64,000 nt of DNA, from positions 54,746,001-54,810,000 of the forward strand of contig OZ076412.1 of assembly GCA_964187785.1 (NCBI GenBank). Reading direction: 5' to 3'. This DNA is from Amphiscolops sp. MND2022 (taxonomy: Eukaryota). Under the pieces are notes generated by a model, which saw only the letters and a program-made list of their open reading frames with translations, had not been told where the DNA came from and ran no database searches. A program made the position numbers and the translations under genes. Positions 33,402-44,800 of this stretch are shown piece by piece. Numbering within the stretch: position 1 is the stretch's first letter; every line of letters starts with the position of its first letter.

Positions 33402-34739
33402 ATGACACAAAGCATCTTTCTGCTGCCTAGTTTGTTGGATCAATTTGACGACTCATCAATTGGACTTTTCTCTCTGGTAGGGTGTTATTTCACAGCCGAT
33501 TCAAGTACTAAAAAGAGTACCCATAAAAAGACTATCAAAAGTTTACGGGAAGCCGCCGCTTCTGAAAACGTCGATGTTGAAAATGTCACAATCTTCAACG
33601 CTTATAAGAACGGACAACTCGAGGACTTATTCGCCCAAAGCGGGACAAAATTTTCCCAAAATGAAAACGAGGTTTTCATTGGAGTGGCCGGAGTGAAAAT
33701 CGTGGGTTTGCTAGCTGTCTGTGATTCAAAATCTACTTCAGCTGCTGGTGACAACAAGGAATTCTCTGATATTGAACAAGTCCAGAAGGCGCTCTCAAAA
33801 GCCGTGATGGCATTGCATTCTAAAAAGTCTGATTCAAGTCCGCTGTCATCAATTGGAATTGTTTATGATGTAGCCACAAAGCAAACTAAATGCATGGCAC
33901 TCAAAGAAGATGCGGAAACTCAGCGACTGCAAAAAGTTCAATGCGAGCTGAACCAGAAACCGGCAATTGACTGCAATGCTTTCCAGTTTTGTCTCTATCA
34001 GTTGCAAATACCCATCAGATTGAAGATATCTAGCAAAGATTTTGGAGATTACGACACAATACTGGAAAAAATTTCAAATTATGTACATTCTCAACTTCGA
34101 GCGGATCGGAATCTAATTAGCCTCAATGGCGAATTGATTATTTTACCTGAAGAAACCATATCAGAATCCCTCGGTGATATTCTTCTACCGACACACGAAT
34201 GCTCTAATACTTTAGATATAAATATATTCGAGAATGTTCTCCAGCTTGACGACGAGGAGCTTGTGAGCAGCGAGAAGTGTGCAATGAGTGTAGAACTTCG
34301 TGAACCAATCACAGTTGCTGGTTTGTTGCACCCGATGAACAAAGTCGCATGGACTTCGTTTCTAGAAGATGTAAAGGCAGACTTGTGCGATTCAATCTAT
34401 TGTAGAATCTCGGAAGTTTTTGACCAAACTGCACGGTCATCTCGGTCGAAGGCAGTTTCTGTGCCTTTGCCTTCAAGAACATATCTGAAGTGCAGTTCAA
34501 CCAGTCTTCCTCTTTTCTCGGTATATTCCAGTTCACAAGCAGAAGCTCTTACCGAAAAACTTGTTCTTCAAGCTCCAAAGTTTTTGCTGCTGTCAGAGGT
34601 TCAATTCGAAAAAGACGACATAGAAGTGGTGGCTTCTAAAAATGATATTTCATCTGATAAAATTTATATAATTATCTGTATCTTAGTAATAGTTTTGTCA
34701 ATCATCGTTGGGGTTTTCGCTTCTATAAGCAAGCTATAA
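33402..34739 (+). CDS. ODR4: Protein odr-4 homolog, single exon, C-terminal membrane anchor
   Basis: 445 aa from MTQSIFL. GVKIVGLLAV, YDVATKQTKC, ISLNGEL, VKADLCDSIYCRI and LPSRTYL align in order with human ODR4; terminal TM helix. Confidence 0.82.
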   Translation: MTQSIFLLPSLLDQFDDSSIGLFSLVGCYFTADSSTKKSTHKKTIKSLREAAASENVDVENVTIFNAYKNGQLEDLFAQSGTKFSQNENEVFIGVAGVKIVGLLAVCDSKSTSAAGDNKEFSDIEQVQKALSKAVMALHSKKSDSSPLSSIGIVYDVATKQTKCMALKEDAETQRLQKVQCELNQKPAIDCNAFQFCLYQLQIPIRLKISSKDFGDYDTILEKISNYVHSQLRADRNLISLNGELIILPEETISESLGDILLPTHECSNTLDINIFENVLQLDDEELVSSEKCAMSVELREPITVAGLLHPMNKVAWTSFLEDVKADLCDSIYCRISEVFDQTARSSRSKAVSVPLPSRTYLKCSSTSLPLFSVYSSSQAEALTEKLVLQAPKFLLLSEVQFEKDDIEVVASKNDISSDKIYIIICILVIVLSIIVGVFASISKL

Positions 34740-35366
34740 TAATTTTTAATTTAAATTTTTGAGGGAAACTGAAAAAAAGTCAGTGAAGTAATATTCGAAG
34801 AAAAAGAAAAGTTGCACTTGAGAATTAACCTCGTCAGCACACCGAGAAGTTGAAAAATTGACAAAAAAACTGACATTTTTTAATGCCTAATTTCTCTACG
34901 AATAATTGCCACAGCTTAAATCGGTTTTCTGCTCCTGAAAGCCGTTCACCTAAGCTTTCAAATGCACACTAGGTAAGCTGGGAGTGGTGCCACTTTTTAG
35001 GGTGAGAGCGCTAATTCGGCGGCGCGTGCCCTGCTTCCTCAGACCTTTCAAATGCCGGTCGCACTCTTAGCTGAAGCTTCATCGAAAAAACTTCTTTATG
35101 CGTTTTCATTGGTGGCAAACTGTGTTACTAGAGTGTGACAGTAACAGCAAAAAGTTGCTGTTATTGAGAAAAAGCTAATTTTCTGAAAAGTATTTCTTGC
35201 AAGTTTTCACTTTTTTCCAGTTACTTTTTTGCCGGTGGTTCGAAAAACAAACTATATTGACACAAATAACAACTCGCCCCAAATAGTCCAAGAGATTGTT
35301 GATAAGAAAGACAAACTTTCGTTTTCCTATATGCTTTTTGCGTTTCGTAATTTTTTATTTAATATG

Positions 35367-35853
35367 AAACAAGCCGGGACCGGCCCAAGTCGGCGCCATA
35401 TCTAAGACTCAAAAATAGCGAAAGGACTTCAAAATGTCAAAGTATTGGTGAATTTTGAACATTTTATGAAAAAAAAATTGAAAAAAGTCTCACAATGCCG
35501 AAAAAAACTGAAAGGGAGGACCCTTTGGGATTTTTCAACATCCATTCTGTTGGAAAACTCCAAAAAATTGAAGGGGGGACCCTTTGGTGGAAAAAAAGTT
35601 TTTGAAAGTCGCAAAGTGCCAAAAAAATCTAAAGGGGGACCCTTTGGTCTCGCCCGGTAATGTATGTTACGCGGGAAACCTTTTTGGTTCAATTCCTTGG
35701 GCCAACAGGTAGAATTTGGCGTCTTCTCAAATTTTTGTAGAACTTTTGGTAGAACTATTTTGGTTACTTCAGGTGGTCTTGAAAAATATAAAAAAACTCT
35801 GATGAAAAGCCATGACTATAGTCGGCTTTTTTCAGGGAAAGCACCGACTAAAA
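35367..35853 (+). mobile_element. HINE-like element, full copy
   Basis: AAACAAGCCG...AGTCGGCGCCATATCTAAG start, internal AGGGGGACCCTTT repeats, terminal AGTCGG...CCGACTAAAA hairpin. Confidence 0.75.
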
Positions 35854-36499
35854 TATCGCTGTCCTCATTTGAGGACGAAATCGCTTACGAGGTTAATGAA
35901 TGAAACCTAAGTGACGTCGTACAGCTTTACGGAAACCAATTCAAACGAAAGTTTTTGGCCTTCAAATCCAATTGTTTCTTCATTCTCGGTTGACCTACAA
36001 TAGTGTAAGAAAAGAACTGAACCCTTATTTGTAAGAAATAATTAGGACTGTATGTAAACAAAGCTAGCATTTTACATGGTGATTTCTTTCAATCTTTATT
36101 TTACTCAAGAAATTAAGGGACTGGAAAGACATCGATTGTTTAAGACAATGTGTACAATCGCCTTAATTAGCAGATTCTTATGCTATTAATTTTAACAGTA
36201 AAAAATTACCACCGAAAACATAATCCTCAATCTTTGCGAAAAATAGCTGTCTCACGTAATAAGATAGTAAAAAAAATAATAGAAAACCCCTTTCAAAAAC
36301 TACATTATACCAATTATCTTGGTGTAAAATCGTTGAATGGCTTCAGTAAATGAAGAAGTACCTGCCAAATAAACAAAAGTTCCAAATTAGGTGCCAAATG
36401 TTACAAAATTGTCCAAAATGTCCCAGATTGGTGAATCTGATGCAGTACTCAAGACTTTATCGTGTCAACTGTGAACCACTATTCTACTCGCAAAGCAGC

Positions 36500-36770
36500 G
36501 ATGGCGCCCTTGCGTCGATTACGAGGACAATATACAGCTGCCAAGCAGCCATAGGTGGAGTCGAAAGACTTTTCAACAGGGTCGGCTTTTTTTCTCTCAA
36601 AGAGACGAGCTGTTCTTTCCGATGAAAATTTAAATTGCTGACTTTGTCAATTCAATTTTTTTTGAAAAATATCTGGTTTTCATTTATAAGTAGCGAAAAA
36701 GTAGCGGTTGCCTATTAGCGGTAGCGGTCATGGCAAGTAGTGGTGAAATTATGTAGCTGTCAAACCTCTG
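36500..36770 (+). mobile_element. hAT transposon 3' remnant
   Basis: GVERLFNRVGFF/LSKRRAVLSDENFKLL is a hAT dimerisation motif with one frameshift. Subterminal TAGCGG repeats; the end AAACCTCTG is CAGAGGTTT on the other strand. Confidence 0.75.
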
Positions 36771-38779
36771 CTGCACATATAGGACCCTAATATGGTGTAG
36801 AATGACTGTAGAGAGTTTCGTTCGAATCGTATGGACAGTTTTTGAAAAATTAGAACTCATTGAAAGGTCGAGAGAAAAAAGTACAATTGCAATAAGTAGT
36901 CGAAAGTTTTTTCCGATCTCAAAACGAAAATCGGACTCTTATTCAACAAGCGCCTATAACAAATAGGCTCTTAGACTATGTCCTGTAATTTAGATGTAGA
37001 CAAACATTTGGTGGTATCGCAAGTCGGAACATCTTGAGAAATTGGTATCCTTAACAAAAACTGCTAAATTTTTTAAAGAATTCTGTCGAAATATTCTACT
37101 TCAAATGCTGTGCAATGTAAATCAGTGAGAAAATGAAGAAATGATAGAAGTATGGAAAAGTTTTCCAAATTCAGCTGGAACAAGATACAGGCTCCCGCTC
37201 AAAATGTGCCTAATGACTTGTTTCAATATTTCGGAGAATCGCACTGCCAAATAATCGAGCAGGAGACTATTCGGACAAAAAATGACTTCTCTTGGAAGAA
37301 AAGTGGGTCCCTTTGGAGGAAAGAAAAAGTCAGTGCCATAAATCCGAATCGGGGACTCTTCGGCTTCATACAGCTTTGAATTTGAATGTAAACAGAAAAA
37401 GTAACCCCAAAGAGACCCTTTGTTTATGGGCATCCTTTAGACATAAGGTCGCGAAGCTGTTAGAAAGTTAACTATTCGGAGTGATTGCGGTCTGACGAAA
37501 AATGCTCAATATAAGATTCGGACTTTTGTGTGCCGTAAAATGTCGACTAAAAAATACCTAATTTCGAAAATGGCTCATATTACCACTCATACCGGAAAAG
37601 AAATTAGTAAGGACTTGTCGCACGGTGAAAAGCAAATGTAAACGATAATTTCAAGCTTTTTCCAATGAAAGAACAAACTGTTTTAAAATGTCAGTGGCAC
37701 TGTGGTGATTTTCGTATACTGTTACAAGACGTTTCAAAAATTTGAATACTCAAAAAATTGAAAAACCAGAATATTATCAACTAGAAATTCCTCTAGATTT
37801 GAAAAATCTTACATATAGGGTTACGGAACGGCAGTTTCATACCGACTATTTCCTCCTTGTCAACTAAATCGGAAAAAATATTAGTAATTTGGTATTATAG
37901 TTGTCCAATTTGACAATTTTACTCAAATACCACAAAGAAATGTCATCAACCTCATAGTACTAACAAATAATCAAAGAAAGCATCCTTGAGACTCGGAAAA
38001 TGAACACCTCAAAAGACCCAAATTTGCTGAATGAAACATTTCATGAACAAGCTTTTTGCAACAAAAATTTACATAGTGTAAACAGCAAAAAGGACCAAGG
38101 GTCGGAAAACACCTTGCTTCAATTGAAAACTTAGAAAAACCAAATTCGTAAACAGTTTTACAGTCAAAAATCACAATGGGGGCAGTTGCAGACTTGCAAA
38201 ACCTCTTCTTGTTCGAACAATGAAAAAGATCCGTAAATAAAATGAGCCATCTTTCGAGAAAATGTCGAAGAGCGCAGCGTACACTTGCTTCCAAGCCACA
38301 TTGACTACTCAGAAATACCCACATTAACCTGGTCCAAGTTGAGTACTCTCAGTATTCCATCAGCGGATCTAGTAGCCAGAAAACAAACTGTTGGAAACCA
38401 AATGAAAGTTCTTGTGCTGGAACTAACATTTTCCGTTTTTCAGCAAAAGCCGTTTTTAATCAGCGCTTTAAAGATAGACATTCACAAGTTTCACCTCCTT
38501 CCCTGGCAAAAAAAGATTGGAGAATCATGTAATTATTTGTCTCCCTGGTAGGCTGCTCTGTATATCGAGTGACGGGTGTTGTTTCACATTAAACATTCAA
38601 TTCCACTACATCTTTCAATGGGGGAATTATTTTCCGTCCATGCTTCATATGGAAAAGGAAAATATTTGAATCAAACTGTTTTTTACAAAATTTGCCAAGC
38701 AGAAAACTTATATCCAAGCTAAAGGGTAGAACCCATAGAATTCAACTGACGTAAAATTAGTATCTTACTTCTAGTGTAT

Positions 38780-39600
38780 TTGTAGAGATTTTGACTTTTT
38801 TGGTTGACCCCAAAGACCCCAAAATAGTAAACTGCGAAATTTACGATTTTTAACGTTTATATGCAATATTTTTTAAATTTGTGATAGTCTTCGTGAATTA
38901 GAATGTTGAAAAATGACCCCAAAAATCACAAAAAGCACAAAATTTCATAATTTTTCACGTTTTCATGCAGTTTTTGTCGACTTTTAGATAAATTTTGTGA
39001 ACTCAAAAATTCAAAACTATCGACAGGGCAGGCTTTAAATGTCCAGTAGTCGTTGATGATGAGATAAATGTGGTTTTTTCAAAAGAAAAACCTAAATAAA
39101 CCCCAAAAATCACAAAAAGTCCAAAATTTCTTGATTTTTAAAGCTTTTATACAGTTCTTTTCAAATTTTAGATAAATTTCCTTGCTTAGAATGTTGAACA
39201 CGTTCAAAACTGACAAATTTTGTTATTCAAGAGGTTTTTTTTGAAACATTAAACATTAATGGCAATTTTGTAATGGTAATTGGCCTCAAATTGAAACTGA
39301 ATATGAAAATAATTCCAAAAAGTTCAGATTTTTAAAGTTTTCATGCAATTATTGTCAAATATTTGATACACTTGCTAGCTTAAAAAGTTAAAGAAAGTCA
39401 ACAAAGTATTAAAGAAAGTCAACAAGGAAAGAAATCGTTGTCCAAGAGGCTTCTTCGAAGAGATAATGGCAATTGATTTTAAGAGACTGCCTCAAATTCA
39501 GACCGAAATTGATAACAATTCCAAAAAATTCAGAATTTCAAAGTTTTCATGCAACTTTTGTCTATTTTTCGAAAAGCCTGGTAGACTTTTTTAACAATTT
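38780..39600. repeat. Diverged monomers related to the downstream satellite
   Basis: GCTTAGAATGTTGAA, CGTTGTCCAAGAGGCT and TTGACCCCAAAGACCCC motifs shared with the 1.74-kb unit. Confidence 0.65.
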
Positions 39601-40640
39601 TTGAATTTCCAACGCAATTCTTGTAAAATTCTCAACATTTTCATGGATTAGAACTCCAAAACTGTGCAACAACAACTGAATGCGTTGTCTAGTAGGCTTT
39701 TTGTAGGGATAAATACCGGTTTCTGCAAAAATGTGTTTTCGTTTGACACGAAAATTGTCGAAATGTCCAAAATTTTTCAATTTCTGTAGCTTCATGTTAT
39801 TTGAGTACAATTTCTGAATTTTTTTCTGAGTTAGGAGGTTCAAAACAATCCAAGGTGAAATAATCATGTACGCAGTTTCCTTCTTTGATGAGAAAATTAC
39901 ATTGTTCCGCATCAGAAATGCTTCAAAACGACACAAAAGAGTCGGAGAGTAGAAAAATCAAACTTTTGAAAGATTTTGTGAAAAGTCCGTGAAATTTTCC
40001 AAACGTTTCGAGTTTTAGAACAATAGAATGGTTCAACAACAAATGCAGTTGATATCCAGTTGACTTTTGTGGGAGGTATTTGCTGGTTTGTGTATCAAAA
40101 AAGTATCAATATTGACCGAAAAAAAATTAATTATCGAAAAATTTCTTGTTTTGACGGTTTTAGACTTGTTTGGGAAACCGTTTGTGACCTAGATGATCCT
40201 AAAGCCCCAGACTCTTTATCAAGCTATGCAGTGCGCCTTTTGAAAGAAAACTTTGTAGCTTTCTAGGTGAAATATTATCTCACAATGACATAAAGGAGTC
40301 GAAAGTTCAAAACTTTTCCGAAAATCGATTTTTTTCGAAAATTTCCTAAAGATTGTATATTACAAGAATGAAAACACTAAATAGCAAACAATTATTTAAA
40401 AAAATATGCTTTTGGACATAAAATTGCAGTTTCCTGTTCAAAAAGAGTGTCAAATTGACCCCAGAATAACCAATAGGTCAACAGTTTTCAAAATTTTTGA
40501 TGTTTTTAACCCATTTTTCTTCAAAATCTTGAAAGATTTCGTAAATTAGATGACTGAAAAGCGTTAACAGCAAACATACCCTATAAAGAGTAGAATGTTT
40601 GAAATCAATTGCTGTTTCATGTTCCAAAAGAGTCTCACTG

Positions 40641-40725
40641 TCCAAAAGTTGTTTTTTTATCGACTATTTTGGGGTCAATTTGGCAAATTGACCCCAAAAT
40701 AGTCGAACAAAAAACAACTTTTGGA
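40641..40725. repeat. Near-perfect 85-bp palindrome
   Basis: TCCAAAAGTTGTTTTTT..TCGACTATTTTGGGGTCAATTT-GGC-AAATTGACCCCAAAATAGTCGA..AAAAAACAACTTTTGGA. Confidence 0.9.
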
Positions 40726-41339
40726 CGGTTTGACAAGTTAAGGAGTTTTTAAAATAAAAGTTACCAAAATTTCGAAAGATTCGAAACCTCTGTATTTTTC
40801 AAATAAGGCACGCAGAAAGTCTAAGAAACGCAATTCACAATTTTGTATCTAAAAAAATCGTCAGAACGACGTAAAATATGTCAAAAATCCATGTTTTTTG
40901 TTTTTGAAAAATTCTATTGTTTTTTGTAAACCTTTCGAGCAATTTTGTAATTCAAAATTGACTGGATCCAGTACCCAATAGTCATTTTCAAAAAGGCATA
41001 TGCAGTTCCTTAGGAAAGTTCCTCAAATGACTGCAAAGTTGTCGAAAAATCAAGATTTTCCATATTGTGACGTTTTCGACGACTTCGCAAAAAATTATAA
41101 ATGAAAATGATTGGGTTAGGTTTTGGTATCCACACAAGCCGACAAAAAACAAATAGGGAGTTCGTGTGTTCTTGAAGTGTTTCCTTCTGAAATGGGATGA
41201 CATTTTTCAAAAAGTGTAAAATTTTTTTCATCAAACTTCTATGCGTTTTATATAATAGCGCAATTTCTGCTCTTGAGCCTCAAAAATATGTCATTGCTAG
41301 AACGGTTTGGACGGAAATATCCTGCTGGTCAGCGGGCGT

Positions 41340-41835
41340 CTTGTTAAATTGTTCCGTCGATGTTCATCCATCCTTTTTTGAAACGGAGGGTTTGGGGTTT
41401 CGACCAAAGATTGAGCGAAATCCCACTGTCAGCGAAAGCAGTCATTTCCTTCCGTTTGTCTTAACAAGTTGTAAACATGCCGTGTCATTACTTTTCTTCA
41501 CTAACTAAAGTTATTTCCATTATTGCCATCGCTGTTTCAGGCAATTGTGCGGCTTTAGACACTTTTCGTTTCTTTTCTCGAATGAAAATCATTCTGATAA
41601 AGGTGAAAACTCCCGAAGTTGTACCTATTTCCGAGTCCCTCCATCAGTGAAAATTCTGACTGCATTTATGGGAGCTATATCGTTTCAAGTCAATTCCTCG
41701 ATCAAGTTGAGAAAGTTTCTCTTGAAATTGGGATCTGTCTTATATTGTGAAAGAGTTTCTAGGCGTTTGGGGGTCGGTAAATTCTTGTTCCTTGGTTGCA
41801 AAGTCTTTTGCCCAACATTCTACTTCGGTCTCTAG
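41340..41835 (-). pseudogene. Decayed retroelement-like gag/protease relic at the array edge
   Basis: Mostly one frame with stops, including TAFADSGISLN, which resembles the aspartic protease DSG motif. Confidence 0.35.
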
Positions 41836-41839
41836 TCCT

Positions 41840-44800
41840 GTTGTTTTTCATGAGCTATTTTTCCTTTGGCTTCTTCTTTTGTGAAGAACAAACTATTTGT
41901 CCCATGGAACAAATCCCAAATTGTCGAAAATCTGTCGAACAAATCTCTAATCTCAAAAATTCCAAAATGTTCTAATTTTTGTGGATTTTCATTCACTTTT
42001 GCATACTTTTCGAGTTTTCTTGGGATACAGGGCTCTAAACGTTCAAAGACGAACTAACAAGCTAAGCAGTGCAGCTTTTGGAAGAGTAACAATTCAGAAA
42101 TCACTCAAAATGTTCCGAAAAATTGAACAATTTGTAACAATCCAGAATCACTGTAAATGTTCCGAAAAGTTAGAGAACGTCATTTTTCAAATGCAAATTT
42201 TGTGACTTTTTAGAATTTTCCGTAGTAAAATGGTTATAAACAATCAAAGATGATAGAAATTTTTCTCAGGTTCTCAAGTAGGCTGCTTGAAGCGGGATCC
42301 GCATGTGTATGTGAGAAAGATTTCCAAAGTGACTCGAGAAGTCGAAAATGTCAATTTTCACACGTTTCTAAACTTTTGTGCAGTGATGGATGAAATTTGG
42401 TATTCTGTTGTTTTTCATGAGCTATTTTTCCTTTAGTTTCTTTCAGTGACAGCTCTGCGGTTGTAGCCCTGCGAACTCCGCGCGGGAATCAGTGCTTCCA
42501 CTAACAATTCAACTATCTAACTAACTATTGACAAACTCGTTTAGTTTTTCGTTTTCGTCGTTTCGTAGCACTGCTACTTGCGCTGTTTCTATTCTTAGCT
42601 AATTCGCGTTAAGAGCATCAATATGCTGTTCCACCCTCAGCATCTTATAGCTTCCCACTTTTGCAACTAAATGTTTTTCTCATGTCAGAACGAACGCGGC
42701 TGTTCCGGATTCTTTCCTCCAACTCTCATACTTGTAGGTTTTCATTTTTTTGGACTCGACGGATATCCATTCATAACTTGATGTTCTCCCTTGTTGTGAA
42801 ATCATTCCTGTTTGTTACAAACGGATTATCTCTAGTTTTCCGTGTAATGCATTCCGAAAGCCTGGTTAAAAATATCATAAATCCCTTTCTATTTTCCGCC
42901 CATAATCCGACCATTAGGTTTCATTCCATAGGTATTTGTAGAGATTTTTTGCTTGACCCCAAAGACCCCAGAATGACCCCAAATCGACATCCAAAATTGC
43001 CAAAATTGTTCAATTTTTTTACGTTCTACGCCTATTTTGTCAAACATTTGGTATTCTTCGTTGCTTAGAATGTTGAAAACGCTCAAAACAGAAAAAAACG
43101 TTGTCCAGGAGGTGTTTTCAAAAATACAAAAGATTTATAAAAAAACCCGCAAACCGAGACCGAAATTGACATAACTTTCAAAAGTTTCCAATTTTTATGC
43201 TACTTTTGCCTATTTTTCAATAAATTTCGGGGCATAGAACGATTGAATGTTAAAAACAATGAAAAATGAAAAATATCGTTGTTCAGAGGCTTTTTGAAGA
43301 AATAAGTGGAGTTTTTCTACGAAAAATGCCTCAGTGAGACAAAAAATGTCAAAAATTCCTAAAAAATTTCCAAATCTTTTCGTTTCAACGCTCTTTCCGT
43401 CATCGTGGCTTAGAGTTTTGAAAACGTTCCAAAAGGAAAACATTCGTTGTACAGGAGGCTGTTGTGAAGAAATTAACGCACTTTTTTGTTTGGAAGTTGC
43501 ACAACTTCGAAAGCACAACTTTAGATTGACAAATGTTCCAAAAGTTCAGATTTTCAAGGTTTTTATGCAATTTTTGTTTAAGTTTCTATTTAGTTCTTTG
43601 ATTAGGTTGTCGACAAGGTTTTTGTGAAGAACAAACTATTTTTCCTATGGAACAAATCCCAAACTGTCGAAAATCTGTCGAACAAATCTCTAATCTCAAA
43701 AATTCCAAAATGTTCTAGTTTTTGTAGATTTTCGTTCACTTTTGCACACTTTTCGAGTTTTCTTGGAATACAGGGCTCTAAACGTTCAAAGACGAACTAA
43801 CAAGCTAAGCAGTGCAGCTTTTGGAAGAGTAACAATTCAGAAACACTCAAAATGTTCCGAAAAATTGAACAATTTGTAACAATCCAGAATCACTGTAAAT
43901 GTTCCGAAAAGTTGGAGAACGTCATTTTTCAAATGCAAATTTTGTGACTTTTTAGAATTTTCCGTAGTAAAATGGTTATAAACAATCAAAGATGATAGAA
44001 ATTTTTATCAGGTTCTCAAGTAGGCTGCTTGAAGCGGGATCCGCATGTGTATGTGAGAAAGATTTCCAAAGTGACTCGAGAAGTCGAAAATGTCAATTTT
44101 CACACGTTTATAAACTTTTGTGCAGTGATGGATGAAATTTGGTATTCTGTTGTTTTTCATGAACTATTTTTCCTTTAGCTTCTTTCAGTGACAGCTCTGC
44201 GGTTGTAGCCCTGCGAACTCCGCGCGGGAATCAGTGCTTCCACTAACAATTCAACTATCTAACTAACTATTGACAAACTCGTTTAGTTTTTCGTTTTCGT
44301 CGTTTCGTAGCACTGCTACTTGCGCTGTTTCTATTCTTAGCTAATTCGCGTTAAGAGCATCAATATGCTGTTTCACCCTCAGCATCTTATAGCTTCCCAC
44401 TTTTGCAACTAAATGTTTTTCTCATGTCAGAACGAACGCGGCTGTTCCGGATTCTTTCCTCCAACTCTCATACTTGTAGGTTTTCATTTTTTTGGACTCG
44501 ACGGATATCCATTCATAACTTGATGTTCTCCCCTGTTGTGAAATCATTCCTGTTTGTTACAAACGGATTATCTCTAGTTTTCCGTGTAATGCATTCCGAA
44601 AGCCTGGTTAAAAATATCATAAATCCCTTTCTATTTTCCGCCCATAATCCGACCATTAGGTTTCATTCCATAGGTATTTGTAGAGATTTTTTGCCTTACC
44701 CCAAAGACCCCAGAATGACCCCAAATCGACATCCAAAATTGCCAAAATTGTTCAATTTTTTTTACGTTCTACGCCTATTTTGTCAAACATTTGGTATTCT

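Noticed and set aside
35799-35850. CTGATGA suggesting a hammerhead ribozyme
   Set aside because: No correctly placed GAAA or three-stem core; the pairing is the HINE terminal hairpin.
37100-38560. Short ORFs and coding-like composition
   Set aside because: Frames are broken by frequent stops and no family motif could be recognised; probably old TE debris, left unannotated.
42056-42072. AAGCTAAGCAG, identical to part of 5S rRNA box A, in many units
   Set aside because: No other 5S sequence (5' stem, box C) flanks it, so it is a chance match and not a 5S rDNA array.
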